Shown here: one piece after another, positions 30,203-43,086 of the stretch
Layout of the letters: the number at the start of each line of letters is the position of its first letter
How positions within the stretch are numbered: the first letter of the stretch is position 1
NCBI GenBank assembly: GCA_963743195.1
Contig: CAVUOO010000003.1
Coordinates: 747,771-811,770 of the forward strand
Length of the DNA: 64,000 nucleotides
Direction of reading: 5' to 3'
DNA from: an uncultured Gemmatimonadales bacterium
GTDB taxonomy: Bacteria > Gemmatimonadota > Gemmatimonadetes > Gemmatimonadales > GWC2-71-9
Notes under the pieces: model-generated
What the model was told of the DNA's origin: nothing
Database searches by the model: none
What the model saw: the letters and a program-made list of their open reading frames with translations, nothing else
Position numbers and translations under genes: made by a program

Positions 30203-30382
30203 ATGACGAGTGTGCCTGCAGTAACGGCCGAGTGGAACTGCACCCGATGCGGAAGCACCAATCGCAAGTTGATTCCGGCGACGACCACCGAGACGCGTGA
30301 CCGGTGCAACCACTGCCGCGCGTGGCATATCATCTCGATTGGCCGGACCCCGGTGCGGTGGGATGCTCGCTTGGAGGAATAG
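30203..30382 (+). CDS. small zinc-ribbon protein (59 aa) between ruvA and ruvB
   Basis: [59 protein letters not shown]. Two CxxC pairs, GGAGG about 15 nt upstream, mostly G/C third positions. It fills the ruvA-ruvB gap exactly and stops 8 nt before the ruvB ATG. Confidence 0.45.
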   Translation: MTSVPAVTAEWNCTRCGSTNRKLIPATTTETRDRCNHCRAWHIISIGRTPVRWDARLEE

Positions 30383-30389
30383 AGAAACC

Positions 30390-31409
30390 ATGACGCGGCT
30401 CCAGGTGACCACTCCCGACGCCCTGCCCGAGGAATCGAGCGCGGATGCCGCGCTGCGCCCTTCGCGCCTCGACGAGTTCGTCGGCCAGGATCAGGTGAAG
30501 GCGTCGCTGCAGATCGCCATCGACGCAGCCAAACGCCGGCGGCGAGATCACTCGACCACACCCTCTTCTTCGGCCCGCCCGGACTCGGCAAGACGACGCT
30601 CGCCATGCTCATGGCGCGCGAGATGGGTGTCCAGTTCCGAACGACTTCCGGACCGGTGCTCGAGAAGCCCGGCGATCTCGTCGGTCTCCTCACCTCACTC
30701 GGGCCCCGGCGACATTCTCTTCATCGACGAGATCCACCGGCTGCGCCCGACGCTGGAAGAGTTCCTCTACCCCGCGATGGAAGACTTCCGGGTGGACGTG
30801 CGCATCAGCGACGGGCCGAATGCGCAGACCATCCCGATGACGCTGGAGCGGTTCACGCTGGTCGGCGCCACCACACGCTTCGGACTCCTCACACCGCCGA
30901 TGCGCGCGCGCTTCGGCCTGGTAGAACGGCTCGGCTTCTATCCGGCCGACGAGCTGGAGCAGATCGTCGACTCGGTCCGCGGCGATTCTCCGTGTGCCGA
31001 TCGAGGGCGAAGGGCGCGCGCGAGATTGCCCGTCGCAGCCGCGGGACACCGCGGGTCGCGAATCGACTGCTGCGACGAGTCCGCGACTACGCGCAGGTGA
31101 AGGCGGATGGGCGCATCACGCTTACCGTCGCCGATGCCGCCCTGTCACGATTGAATGTGGACGAGTTCGGCCTCGACGACATGGACACCCGCATCCTCAG
31201 CACCATCATCGAGAAGTTCGGCGGGGGTCCGGTCGGACTCGGGACCGTCGCGGTCGCGGTCGGTGAAGATGCCGGAACCCTGCAGGAGGTCTACGAGCCG
31301 TTTCTCATTCAGCAGGGATTTCTCGAACGCACCCCTCGCGGCCGTTGCGCCACGGCGCTCGCGTATCGCCGCTTCGGCCTGACTCCTTCCGCCGGGCAGA
31401 CCACGATCT

Positions 31410-31420
<11 letters not shown>
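30390..31420 (+). pseudogene. ruvB: Holliday junction branch migration helicase RuvB, four frame changes as assembled (~30535-30550 deletion-like; C4 run 30704-30707; ~30972; ~31015-31021)
   Basis: Pieces, each in a different frame of the ORF track (30297, 30605, 30994 frames): [16 protein letters not shown]; [26 protein letters not shown] (Walker A); [14 protein letters not shown] (Walker B); [14 protein letters not shown]; [26 protein letters not shown]. Corrected length is 343 codons. Confidence 0.9.
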
Positions 31421-34040
<2,620 letters not shown>

Positions 34041-34044
<4 letters not shown>

Positions 34045-34577
34045 GCCTCTTGCCCATTCACCTGCTGGGCTCGCCGGTGCTCCGCCAGCGGAGCGCCGAG
34101 GTGACAACGGTGGACGACGAGGTGCGCCGCTTCGTCGACGACATGTTCGAGACGATGGACGCGGCCAAGGGCGTCGGCCTCGCGGCCAACCAGGTCGGGC
34201 TTGCCCGGCGGGTCGCCGTGGTCGATGCCGAAGGCGACCGCTTCGTCATGATCGACCCGCTGATCGTCGAGACCGCCGGTTCGTCGACCGCCGAGGAGGG
34301 ATGCCTCTCCATACCGGAGATCTACGGCGACGTCACCCGCCCCGAGCGGGTCGTGATCGAGGCGCTCGACGAACAGGGCACCCATTACCGTCGCGAAGCG
34401 ATCGGCCTCAAGGCTCGCGCCATCCAGCACGAGATCGATCACCTCGACGGCATCCTCTTTCTCGATCACCTGAGTCTGATCAAGCGCCAGATGCTGCTTG
34501 CCCGCTGGCGGCGCGAGCGGAAGGACGAGACCGGGTACCTCAGGGAAGTGGTGGCGGAGACGGCCCGACCGGAGTGA
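34041..34577 (+). CDS. def: peptide deformylase
   Basis: Motifs GVGLAANQVG, EGCLS, QHEIDHLDG. Confidence 0.92.
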
Positions 34578-35500
34578 TGCGGATCGTCTTCTTCGGCACG
34601 CCGGAGTTCGCGGTGGCCTCCCTCGAAAGATTGCTCCACGAGCGGTACGATGTCGCCGCCGTCGTCACCCAACCCGACAAACCGCACGGCCGCTCTCGCT
34701 CTACCCTCGTCGAGCCGCCGGTCAAACTGGCTGCCGCGAAGGCGGGGCTGCATGTGCTTCAGCCGGAGCGACCGACGGGAGATGTCTTTCTCACCAGTCT
34801 CCGGCGCCTCGACGCTGAGCTCGGCGTTGTCGTCGCCTATGGACACATTCTCCGGCGCGAGTTGCTGAATCTCCCACCCCGCGGAATGATCAATGTCCAC
34901 GCATCTTTACTGCCACGACTTCGCGGCGCTGCGCCGATCCAGCACGCCATCCTCGAGGGGCACACCGTCACCGGCGTGAGCATCATGCGGATGGAAGAGG
35001 GACTCGACAGCGGACCGGTGCTGCTCAGGATGGACACTCCCATCGCTGAGGGTGAGACCGCCGGAGAGCTCTCCACGCGCCTCGCCGACCTCGGGGCCAC
35101 GGCCCTCATTGCCGCACTCTCGCGGCTGGAGGACGGTACGGCCCGCGAGGAGCCTCAGGATTCCGCTTCCGCGACCTACGCGCCAAAGGTAGATCGCGAG
35201 AGCGCTCGGCTCGACTGGACTCGCCAGCCTGCGGTCCTTGCGCGGCAGGTTCGGGCGTTCGATCCCGCACCAGGCGCCTGGACCACCTACCAGGGAACGC
35301 CGCTCAAGTTGTTCGGCGCGACGGCCCGCGACGATCGGGGTCAGCCCGGCACCGTGCTCGCCGTCGGGGAGGATCTCGTGGTGGCTGCGGACGGCGGAGC
35401 GCTGGCCGTGCGCGAGGTACAGCCCGCAGGGAAGACCCGCTTGCCGGTGGCGGACTGGGTTCGAGGACGCCGTATTTCGCCGGGTGAACGGTTGGCATGA
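34577..35500 (+). CDS. fmt: methionyl-tRNA formyltransferase
   Basis: MRIVFFGTPEFAV, NVHASLLPRLRGAAPIQ. The start overlaps the def stop (TGATG). Confidence 0.9.
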   Translation: MRIVFFGTPEFAVASLERLLHERYDVAAVVTQPDKPHGRSRSTLVEPPVKLAAAKAGLHVLQPERPTGDVFLTSLRRLDAELGVVVAYGHILRRELLNLPPRGMINVHASLLPRLRGAAPIQHAILEGHTVTGVSIMRMEEGLDSGPVLLRMDTPIAEGETAGELSTRLADLGATALIAALSRLEDGTAREEPQDSASATYAPKVDRESARLDWTRQPAVLARQVRAFDPAPGAWTTYQGTPLKLFGATARDDRGQPGTVLAVGEDLVVAADGGALAVREVQPAGKTRLPVADWVRGRRISPGERLA

Positions 35501-36120
35501 GACCGTTGCCCAGACTGCACGCCGTCACCGACGCCGCCGTGCTGGCACACTCCGATCTTGGCATCCAGGCCGCGGCGATCGCGGCGGCCGGCTCCGCCGT
35601 CGCGCTCCATGTGAGAGATCGTACCGCGACCGCCGCGGCGCTCGCCGCCGTGGCGCTCCGGTTTCTCGCACTCGCCCGGCCGCCCGAAGCCTCGGTATTC
35701 GTCAACGGGCGCCCGGATCTCGCGGCAGCGGTCGCCGCCGACGGCATTCAGCTCTCCGCCACCGATCTCACGCCGGCGGATGCGCGACGAGTCTTCTCAC
35801 GAGGTTGGATCGGTCGGTCCGTTCATAGCGAGAAGGAGGCCGAAGCGGGCGTGGCCGAAGGAGCGGACTACCTCCTCGTCGGCAGCGTGTACCCGAGCGC
35901 ATCGCATCCGGGACAACCCGTTGTCGGCCTCCATCTGGTCCGATTTGCCGTGAGTCTCGGCAAGCCGGTGATCGCGATCGGGGGAATGGACCCGGACCGC
36001 GCCGCCGAGGCTCAGGCAGCAGGAGCGTATGGCGTGGCAGCGATCTCTGCGCTCTGGAAGGCCGCCGATCCCGCGGCGGCGGCTCTCGCCCTTCTGGAGC
36101 CATGGCTGGCAGGCGTATGA
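35497..36120 (+). CDS. thiE: thiamine-phosphate synthase ThiE
   Basis: 207 aa. TIM-barrel ThiE pattern (LHAVTD..., VNGRPDLA, GRSVHS, YLLVGSVYPSASH, IAIGG). ATGA overlap with fmt. Confidence 0.75.
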   Translation: MRPLPRLHAVTDAAVLAHSDLGIQAAAIAAAGSAVALHVRDRTATAAALAAVALRFLALARPPEASVFVNGRPDLAAAVAADGIQLSATDLTPADARRVFSRGWIGRSVHSEKEAEAGVAEGADYLLVGSVYPSASHPGQPVVGLHLVRFAVSLGKPVIAIGGMDPDRAAEAQAAGAYGVAAISALWKAADPAAAALALLEPWLAGV

Positions 36121-36326
36121 CTGACCTCACCATTACCGTGAACGGCGAGACTCGGCAGCTTCGCGCACCGGCCACCCTGCTCGATCTCCTCGCCAACCTC
36201 GAGCTCGACGCGCGGCAGGTCGTCGTGGAGCTCAACCGCGAGATCATCCGGCGACCCCGGCTCGGCGACACCACGCTCTCGACGGGCGATCAGGTCGAGT
36301 TGGTGCATTTCGTGGGCGGAGGCTGA
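36117..36326 (+). CDS. thiS: sulfur carrier protein ThiS
   Basis: 69 aa ending ...VELVHFVGGG (C-terminal GG). ATGA overlap with thiE. Confidence 0.8.
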   Translation: MTDLTITVNGETRQLRAPATLLDLLANLELDARQVVVELNREIIRRPRLGDTTLSTGDQVELVHFVGGG

Positions 36327-36347
36327 GCCCGCCATTATCTTTCCCGC

Positions 36348-37154
36348 ATGACGAACACACTGCAGACACTGGCCCCGGCCGGCGACACAGCCCTCGCCAT
36401 CGGCGGCCGAAGCTTCCGCTCCCGGCTCATGGTCGGTACCGGGAAATATCGCGACAACAGCGAGATGGTGCGGACAATCGCCGCGAGCGGTGCCGAGATC
36501 GTGACCGTGGCGGTGCGACGGGTCGATCTCGACCGCCGCAAGGAGGAGAGCCTTCTCCATCACCTGAGCCCCGACCGCTACTTCCTTCTCGCCAATACCG
36601 CCGGCTGCTATACCGCCGACGAGGCGATCCGTTACGCCCGTCTGGCGCGCGAAGCAGGCTTCAACGACTTCGTCAAGCTCGAGGTGATTGGAGACAAGGA
36701 AACCCTGCTCCCCGACACGAAGGGGCTGCTCGAAGCGACCGTGCAGCTGGTGAGCGAAGGATTCACCGTCCTCGCGTACACCAACGACGATCTGGTCACC
36801 GCGCTCCGACTCGAGGATGCGGGATGCGCCGCGGTGATGCCGCTCGCCTCGCCGATCGGAAGCGGACTCGGGCTCTTGAATCCCATGGGCATTCGGACCA
36901 TCAAGCGCCGCCTGACGGTCCCGGTGATCGTCGACGCCGGAGTCGGCACGGCTTCGGACGCCTGCATTACGATGGAGCAAGGGGTGGACGGGATCCTGAT
37001 GAATACGGCGTTGGCCGAGGCGGCCGATCCCGTGGCGATGGGTCGTGCGATGCGGCTCGCGGTCGAGGCCGGTCGCACGGCGTACCTGGCGGGCCGGATG
37101 CCGCGACGCGAAGTGGCAGTGCCGTCGAGCCCCGAACGAGGGATGCTCGAGTAG
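36348..37154 (+). CDS. thiG: thiazole synthase ThiG
   Basis: SRLMVGTGKY, KLEVIGD, PIGSGLG, VDAGVGTASDA. Confidence 0.9.
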   Translation: MTNTLQTLAPAGDTALAIGGRSFRSRLMVGTGKYRDNSEMVRTIAASGAEIVTVAVRRVDLDRRKEESLLHHLSPDRYFLLANTAGCYTADEAIRYARLAREAGFNDFVKLEVIGDKETLLPDTKGLLEATVQLVSEGFTVLAYTNDDLVTALRLEDAGCAAVMPLASPIGSGLGLLNPMGIRTIKRRLTVPVIVDAGVGTASDACITMEQGVDGILMNTALAEAADPVAMGRAMRLAVEAGRTAYLAGRMPRREVAVPSSPERGMLE

Positions 37155-37163
37155 ACACCGGGG

Positions 37164-38471
37164 ATGAAGCCTGATGGGCTGGCTGCTCGCAGAGCCGCGC
37201 TGCGAATCCTCGGCGACGTGCGGCACGGCAGCCCGTTCGACGCCGCGCTCGAGCGCGCGGTCCGGTCTCTCGACGGGGCCGATCGCCGATTGGCCCATGA
37301 AATGGCCGCCGGCGTGCTTCGCCGTCAGACCGAGCTGGACGTCCGTCTCTCTTCGCTCATCGCGCGCGGGTGGGGAAGCGTGGCTCCGGACCTCCGCGAG
37401 GTGCTCCGGCTCGGCGCGTTTCAGCTCACCGCCCTCGACCGGATCCCAGCGCACGCGGCCGTCGATACGAGCGTCTCACTCGCCAGAGCCATCGGCGGCG
37501 TGCGCGCCGGAGGGTTCGTCAATGCCGTGCTTCGTCGCCTCACCCGATCGCCGGGCGAGCCGGCGACCGCGTGGGAGGATGGCGATGCAGTCGGGCGACT
37601 CACTGGTCACTACTCTCATCCTGCGTGGTTGGTCGAGCGCTGGTTGACGAGATGGGGTGAGGCTGAAACAGAGGAGCTCCTGCGCTGGAACAACACGCGT
37701 CCACGACTCGTGCTGCAGCCCGCGCGGGAGAGCTTGGAGCAACTCGAGCAACGATGGAGGACTGCGGGGATCGCCGTAGAGCCCGCCCCGTTCGGGGCCG
37801 GCCTGATAGTCGATCGCATTCGCCCCGCCGATCTTCCAGGGTATGCGGCCGGCGCGTTCATTGTGCAGGATCCCGCGCAGGCACTCTTGGCCTGGTTTGC
37901 CGATCTGGCCCCGGACGCCTTGCTCTACGACGCGTGCGCCGCTCCCGGGGGCAAGAGCATCACACTCGGGAGGGAGATCAAAGGCGTCATCGCCGGAGAC
38001 CTCGTTCGGGCTCGGGTGGAGCGGTTGGCGGGCAATCTCCGCCGTGCCGGGAGTGGACGGGAACACGCCATCGTCGCCGATGCGAGACGACCACCGCTTC
38101 GGCAAATCCATGCGGTGCTCCTCGATGCACCATGCCTCGGGACCGGAACCTTCCGGCGCCATCCCGACGCCCGGTTGCGGGTCACCCTGGCGGCACTGGA
38201 GTCCCTGGTGCAAAGGCAGGCGGAGCTCCTGGCTCGGACCGCGGACATCGTCGCACCCGGGGGACTCCTGATCTACTCCACGTGCTCGCTGGAGCCGGAG
38301 GAAAACGAGCAGCAGGTGAACCAGTTCCTCGAGGCCCATTCTCAGTTTCGGCGAGAGAGCAGCGACACCTTTCCGGCGGCGCTGACCTCGACCGAGGGAG
38401 ATCTCATGATCATCCCGCAACGCGATCGGATGGACGGCGCCTACGCGGCCCGTCTTCGCCGCGTCGCATGA
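37164..38471 (+). CDS. rsmB: 16S rRNA (cytosine967-C5)-methyltransferase RsmB (NusB-like N-terminus + SAM MTase)
   Basis: 435 aa. HPAWLVERW, DACAAPGGKS, DAPCLGTG, YSTCSLEPEENE. Confidence 0.85.
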   Translation: MKPDGLAARRAALRILGDVRHGSPFDAALERAVRSLDGADRRLAHEMAAGVLRRQTELDVRLSSLIARGWGSVAPDLREVLRLGAFQLTALDRIPAHAAVDTSVSLARAIGGVRAGGFVNAVLRRLTRSPGEPATAWEDGDAVGRLTGHYSHPAWLVERWLTRWGEAETEELLRWNNTRPRLVLQPARESLEQLEQRWRTAGIAVEPAPFGAGLIVDRIRPADLPGYAAGAFIVQDPAQALLAWFADLAPDALLYDACAAPGGKSITLGREIKGVIAGDLVRARVERLAGNLRRAGSGREHAIVADARRPPLRQIHAVLLDAPCLGTGTFRRHPDARLRVTLAALESLVQRQAELLARTADIVAPGGLLIYSTCSLEPEENEQQVNQFLEAHSQFRRESSDTFPAALTSTEGDLMIIPQRDRMDGAYAARLRRVA

Positions 38472-39049
38472 GGACCCGACGGCACATGGGCGGAGGGACT
38501 TCGTTCCCGGCCCTCCCGGCGCTTACTCCATCGGGCCGTCTCGTGCGTGACGCGGGACTCGTTCTCCTCACATTCGCGGTCGGCTATGGACTCTCCGCGT
38601 TCTGGGTCTCGCCCGGCTCGATGCTGACTCGAGACCACCCGATTCCCCGCGTGCTTGGATTGCCGGAGGCGGAGGCGCGCGCCAGGCTCGTTCGCCAGGG
38701 ATTCCGCATGCATGTCGAGGGCGACCGCCCGAGCCCTGCGATCCCACGAGGCGGCGTCATCTGGCAGGATCCTCCACCCGGCATGGTCCTGACGCCGAAC
38801 ACCACCGTCCAGATCGTGCTGAGCGCCGGCCCGGCGCCGATCTCCGTCCCCGACGTGGTTGGCTTGGCGCTCTCCTCCGCCGAGAGGGTTCTCGTCGCCG
38901 CGGGAGTCAAGGTCGGTACCATCGACACCATTCGCGCCACCGGAGAGCTCGGTGTAGTCATCGCCACGCGTCCGGGCGCCGGCAACGGCCGACCGCGCGG
39001 ATCGACCGTCGACCTCGTCGTGAGCGGCGGTGGCGAGGGTGGACTGTGA
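38468..39049 (+). CDS. membrane-anchored PASTA-domain protein (no kinase or PBP domain)
   Basis: ATGA overlap with rsmB. One TM (LVLLTFAVGYGLSAFWV), then two PASTA-like units (IPRVLGLPEAEARARL..., VPDVVGLALSSAERVL...). Confidence 0.65.
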   Translation: MRTRRHMGGGTSFPALPALTPSGRLVRDAGLVLLTFAVGYGLSAFWVSPGSMLTRDHPIPRVLGLPEAEARARLVRQGFRMHVEGDRPSPAIPRGGVIWQDPPPGMVLTPNTTVQIVLSAGPAPISVPDVVGLALSSAERVLVAAGVKVGTIDTIRATGELGVVIATRPGAGNGRPRGSTVDLVVSGGGEGGL

Positions 39050-39711
39050 GCGCTCGGATCGCACCGAGTGTCTTGAGCGCCGACCTCGATCAGCTACGCG
39101 AGCAGGTCGGGAGGGCCATCGCGGGCGGCGCAGAATGGATTCACGTGGATGTGATGGACGGCGACTTCGTTCCGAATCTCACGTTCGGAAGCCCACTGAT
39201 CCGGGCGCTCCGGCGCATCACCGACCGGCCGCTCGACGTCCATCTCATGGTGCAACATCCTGAGCAATACATCGCCGAATTCGCGGACGCGGGAGCCAAC
39301 GTTTTCACATTCCACCCCGAGGCGACCGTTCACGTGCAGCGTCACCTCGCCACTGTCCGCGAGCACGGCATGATGGCGGGCCTCGCGCTCAACCCCTCGA
39401 CGCCGCTCGCGCACGCCGAAGAGGTCCTCGACGATGTGGACGTACTCCTCGTCATGTCCGTGAACCCCGGGTTCGGCGGGCAGTCGTATCTGCCGGGGTC
39501 CACGGACAAGCTGCGGCGGGCGCGAGCGCTTCTCGACCGCCGACGCTCTCGCGCCGCGCTCGAGGTGGACGGAGGGATTACCGAAGAGACCATCGGCGAG
39601 GCCTGGGGCGCCGGGGCCGACACTTTTGTCGCGGGAACCGCCGTCTTCGGCACCGACGATCCAGCACAGGCGGTGCGCAACCTCTTGCGTCGGTGCGCCG
39701 CAAGCGCGTGA
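39046..39711 (+). CDS. rpe: ribulose-phosphate 3-epimerase
   Basis: IAPSVLSADL, HVDVMDG.FVPN, DVHLMV, MSVNPGFGGQ, VDGGI. Confidence 0.9.
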   Translation: MSARIAPSVLSADLDQLREQVGRAIAGGAEWIHVDVMDGDFVPNLTFGSPLIRALRRITDRPLDVHLMVQHPEQYIAEFADAGANVFTFHPEATVHVQRHLATVREHGMMAGLALNPSTPLAHAEEVLDDVDVLLVMSVNPGFGGQSYLPGSTDKLRRARALLDRRRSRAALEVDGGITEETIGEAWGAGADTFVAGTAVFGTDDPAQAVRNLLRRCAASA

Positions 39712-39719
39712 GGTCACCT

Positions 39720-40259
39720 ATGTCACGACAGTGGGCGTTCGTCGGAGTCATTCTGGCGGGACTCGGTACCGGTGCCGCCGTGCTCACTCGCGTGGGCCGC
39801 GAGGTCGCCCCCGTGGCCGTTGGTGCGTCGGCGCCTGACTTTCGGGCCATCGACTTGGCGACGGGCGATTCGGTCCGCCTTCGAGACAAGTACAAGGGAA
39901 AGGTCACCCTGGTGAATATCTGGGCCACCTGGTGTGTCCCGTGCAGAGTCGAGATGCCCGCCATGGAGCGCGCCTACCACGATCTCGCGCCGCGGGGATT
40001 CGCGATCGCGGCAGTGAGCGTCGACGAAGGCTCGCCCGACGACGTGCGAAAGTTCGGTCGCGATCTCGATCTCAGCTTCGATATCCTGCAGGATAAGAGC
40101 GGGGCGATTCAGCAGATGTACCAGACGACCGGCGTACCCGAGAGCTTCCTCCTCAACCGCGATGGAGTCATCGTCAAGCGCGTCATCGGCGCGCACGAAT
40201 GGGACTCCGAGGCCAACCGCGCGCTGATCGGCCGTCTGCTCGACGAGCCAGGAAAGTAG
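39720..40259 (+). CDS. TlpA/ResA-family thiol:disulfide oxidoreductase
   Basis: N-terminal TM, thioredoxin-fold motif NIWATWCVPCRVEMP. Confidence 0.8.
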   Translation: MSRQWAFVGVILAGLGTGAAVLTRVGREVAPVAVGASAPDFRAIDLATGDSVRLRDKYKGKVTLVNIWATWCVPCRVEMPAMERAYHDLAPRGFAIAAVSVDEGSPDDVRKFGRDLDLSFDILQDKSGAIQQMYQTTGVPESFLLNRDGVIVKRVIGAHEWDSEANRALIGRLLDEPGK

Positions 40260-40260
40260 G

Positions 40261-41181
40261 GTGAGCCTCAAAAGCGCCTTCACCGCAAATCTTCCGGTCA
40301 AGATCACCTCGGTCGTGCTCTCCATCTTTCTCTGGTTTCTCGCCGCGGGAGAGGAGAACGCCTCGACACTTCTGCCGGTCGACGTCGCGATCCGGGCGCC
40401 GGCCGGCCGCAGCCTCCTCAAGCCCGCAGGCCCCCTCCATGCGCTGGTCGTCGGACCTCGGCGCGAGCTTCTCAAGCTCTCCGCCACTCCGCTTCGGTTG
40501 TCCCGCATCCTCCCCGATACCACCCTGGCCGACGAAGTCCGGCTCGATCTCGATCCGGGTGACCTCGAGGTTCCTCAGGGAATCAGTGTTCGCGTGCAGG
40601 ACGTGCAGCCCCGAGCGCTTGTTGTGAGACTGGACTCCACGTTCCAACGCGTGGTGCCGGTCCGAGCGGTCGTTCGGCTCCGTCCTGAAACGGGATTCGC
40701 ACTCGGCGCCATTTCGGTCGTGCCGGGCACGATTCGGCTCATGGGGTCCCGCGAGCAGATTCAGTCCATCGATTCGGCGCGCACCGAACCCCTCGAGATC
40801 GCCGAAGCGGACGGCCCGGTAGAAGACGTGGTGAACCTGGATACATCGGGATTCGGCACCGTACGAGCCCTGCCCCAGGAAGTCACCGTGCGGGTGGATG
40901 TCGAGACGGTGAGATCACGGACCTTCGCGGGAGTACCGATTCGTCTCTCCAGCGCCACCGCCGGGCTGCTTCGGCCGGCGCGTGAGACGGTACGCGTCCG
41001 GGTGAGTGGAGCCGCCGGCCGGCTGGCCACCCTCACCGCCGATAGCCTCGTCATCGTCGTGGACGGCGGCGACACGGGGCAACCGAGGAGAGTCGGGCTG
41101 AAGGTAATCGGCCCCGCGGGCGTGGCCGCACGCACCGAGCCGGACAGCGTCGACCTGGTGCCGCGGAGCGGTCATGGCTGA
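40261..41181 (+). CDS. YbbR-like domain protein
   Basis: GTG start. N-terminal LPVKITSVVLSIFLWF TM, then repeated beta-rich units ending in ...V.V.V; the layout of CdaR/YbbR proteins. Moderate confidence. Confidence 0.5.
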   Translation: MSLKSAFTANLPVKITSVVLSIFLWFLAAGEENASTLLPVDVAIRAPAGRSLLKPAGPLHALVVGPRRELLKLSATPLRLSRILPDTTLADEVRLDLDPGDLEVPQGISVRVQDVQPRALVVRLDSTFQRVVPVRAVVRLRPETGFALGAISVVPGTIRLMGSREQIQSIDSARTEPLEIAEADGPVEDVVNLDTSGFGTVRALPQEVTVRVDVETVRSRTFAGVPIRLSSATAGLLRPARETVRVRVSGAAGRLATLTADSLVIVVDGGDTGQPRRVGLKVIGPAGVAARTEPDSVDLVPRSGHG

Positions 41182-42235
41182 GTGGACGCTCGGCATCGAG
41201 ACGTCGTGCGACGAGACCTCGGCCGCCCTTCTTCGAACCGAGAATTCCCACGCGACTCTCGGCGGGTTGGTGATCCTGTCCCAGGACATTCACCGCGTGT
41301 TCGGCGGCGTCGTCCCCGAGCTGGCCAGTCGCGCGCACGTAAAGGCAATCGGTTCCGTCGTGGACCGCGCGCTCGCCGACTCCGGTATCGGGCTCAGTCA
41401 GGTCGACCGTATCGCCGTCACCGCGGGACCCGGTCTGGTTGGAGCGCTGCTCGTCGGAGTCATGTACGCGAAGACGCTCGCCTTGAGCCTCGATCGACCG
41501 TTCATCGGGGTGAATCATCTCGAGGGTCACCTCTTCGCCCCTAGCCTGGAAGACAAGGAGCTGAGGCCCCCCTTTGTGGCCCTACTTGTGAGCGGGGGTC
41601 ACACGATGCTGCTCGACGTCCCGGAGTGGGGGGAATATCGATTGCTCGGACAGACGCTCGACGACGCCGCCGGCGAGGCCTTTGACAAGGTCTCCATGCT
41701 CCTCGGCCTCGGCTATCCCGGCGGACCGGCGATCGAACGGATGGCCCGCGATGGCAACCCGGAGCGCTATCGCTTCCCTCGCCCGATGCTTCAGGAGCTC
41801 GAGCGAGACGGGCCCGGGCGGTATGCGTTTTCCTTCAGCGGCCTCAAGACCGCAGTGCTCCGCGCGGTTGGTTCGGCGACGCCCGACGACCTGCCGGTCG
41901 CCGATCTCGCCCGAGGTTTTCAGGACGCCGCGATCGACGTGCTTGCGGCCAAGACCGCACGGGCCAGTGAGGAGCTCGGGTACGGAACCGTCATGATCGG
42001 GGGCGGCGTCGCGTGCAATCGTGCCCTGGTCGCGGCCGTGCGCGAACGGGTGGCGGGAGAGGCACGCGTGAGCGTAGCTTCTCCTCGCCTGAACACCGAC
42101 AATGCGGCAATGATCGCCGCGGCCGGGGCGTGGCGTCTCGCGCGTGGCGAGCACAGCGACTTCGACCTCGAGCCGCGGGACGACCTGCCGCTGCCCGGCC
42201 TCATCATCCCTTCACCAGCTGGCGGACGCGCCTAA
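41174..42235 (+). CDS. tsaD: tRNA N6-adenosine threonylcarbamoyltransferase TsaD
   Basis: LGIETSCDETSAAL, GVNHLEGHLF, GGVACN. Confidence 0.9.
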   Translation: MAEWTLGIETSCDETSAALLRTENSHATLGGLVILSQDIHRVFGGVVPELASRAHVKAIGSVVDRALADSGIGLSQVDRIAVTAGPGLVGALLVGVMYAKTLALSLDRPFIGVNHLEGHLFAPSLEDKELRPPFVALLVSGGHTMLLDVPEWGEYRLLGQTLDDAAGEAFDKVSMLLGLGYPGGPAIERMARDGNPERYRFPRPMLQELERDGPGRYAFSFSGLKTAVLRAVGSATPDDLPVADLARGFQDAAIDVLAAKTARASEELGYGTVMIGGGVACNRALVAAVRERVAGEARVSVASPRLNTDNAAMIAAAGAWRLARGEHSDFDLEPRDDLPLPGLIIPSPAGGRA

Positions 42236-43086
42236 TGCCCATCTACCCTCTCGTCTTTCACCTCGGGCCGCTCGAGATCACCGGTTACGGGATCATGATG
42301 ATGGTAGCGTTCCTGATGGGGGGGTGGCTCATCGCGCTGGAGCTCCGGCGTCGCCAACTGGCCGAGGACTATGCCGCCGATCTGGTCGCGGCGGCCGTGG
42401 TAGGCGGGATCATCGGCGCCAAGTTGTGGTACGTTGCGCTCACCCGAGATCCAGGCGCGCTCTTCTCCCGCGGGGGACTCGTGTGGTACGGGGGGTTCAT
42501 CGGGGGAACGGCCGCCGTCGTTCTCAACGGGTGGCGGCTTCGCGTGCCCCTCCGCTGGACCATGCAGTTGGTCGCGCCGGCTCTCGCGGCCGCCTACGCT
42601 CTAGGGCGAGTGGGATGCTTCCTCGTCAACGATGATTACGGCCGCCCCTCCAACCTGCCCTGGGCGGTCAAGTTCCCACGCGGACTGCCTCCTTCCACCG
42701 CCGGCAACATGGAGCACTTGTTTGGCGTCGCCGTGCCCCCCGGTACCGACCCCACCACGGTGCTTGCCGTTCACCCCACGCAGCTCTACGAAACCGGGAT
42801 CATGCTCGTGGTCTTCGCCGTTCTCTGGCGACTCCGGCTCGGTTCACGGCCCGTGGGATGGTTGTTCGGGCTGTATCTGGTTCTTGCCGGGGCCGAACGG
42901 TTCGTAATCGAGATTCTCCGGGCCAAGGATGATCGGTTTCTTGGCGCCTTTACGCTGGCACAGCTCACATCCGTGATTCTGATTCTGATTGGAAGCGGAC
43001 TCATGGTTTCGTGGAAGAGTGGGACGAGCCCTGCCCCAGGAGATTATCTGACCCGTGGCAAGACCGACCGGGCGGCTAAGAAATAG
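42235..43086 (+). CDS. lgt: prolipoprotein diacylglyceryl transferase
   Basis: GYGIMMMVAFL, GRVGCFLNDD-like GRVGCFLVNDDYG, HPTQLYE. 1-nt overlap with the tsaD stop. Confidence 0.88.
   Translation: MPIYPLVFHLGPLEITGYGIMMMVAFLMGGWLIALELRRRQLAEDYAADLVAAAVVGGIIGAKLWYVALTRDPGALFSRGGLVWYGGFIGGTAAVVLNGWRLRVPLRWTMQLVAPALAAAYALGRVGCFLVNDDYGRPSNLPWAVKFPRGLPPSTAGNMEHLFGVAVPPGTDPTTVLAVHPTQLYETGIMLVVFAVLWRLRLGSRPVGWLFGLYLVLAGAERFVIEILRAKDDRFLGAFTLAQLTSVILILIGSGLMVSWKSGTSPAPGDYLTRGKTDRAAKK

Noticed and set aside
40261-41181. The YbbR-like gene as an indicator of a c-di-AMP (cdaA-cdaR-glmM) module.
   Set aside because: No diadenylate cyclase or glmM gene is adjacent, and the flanking genes are tlpA-like and tsaD.
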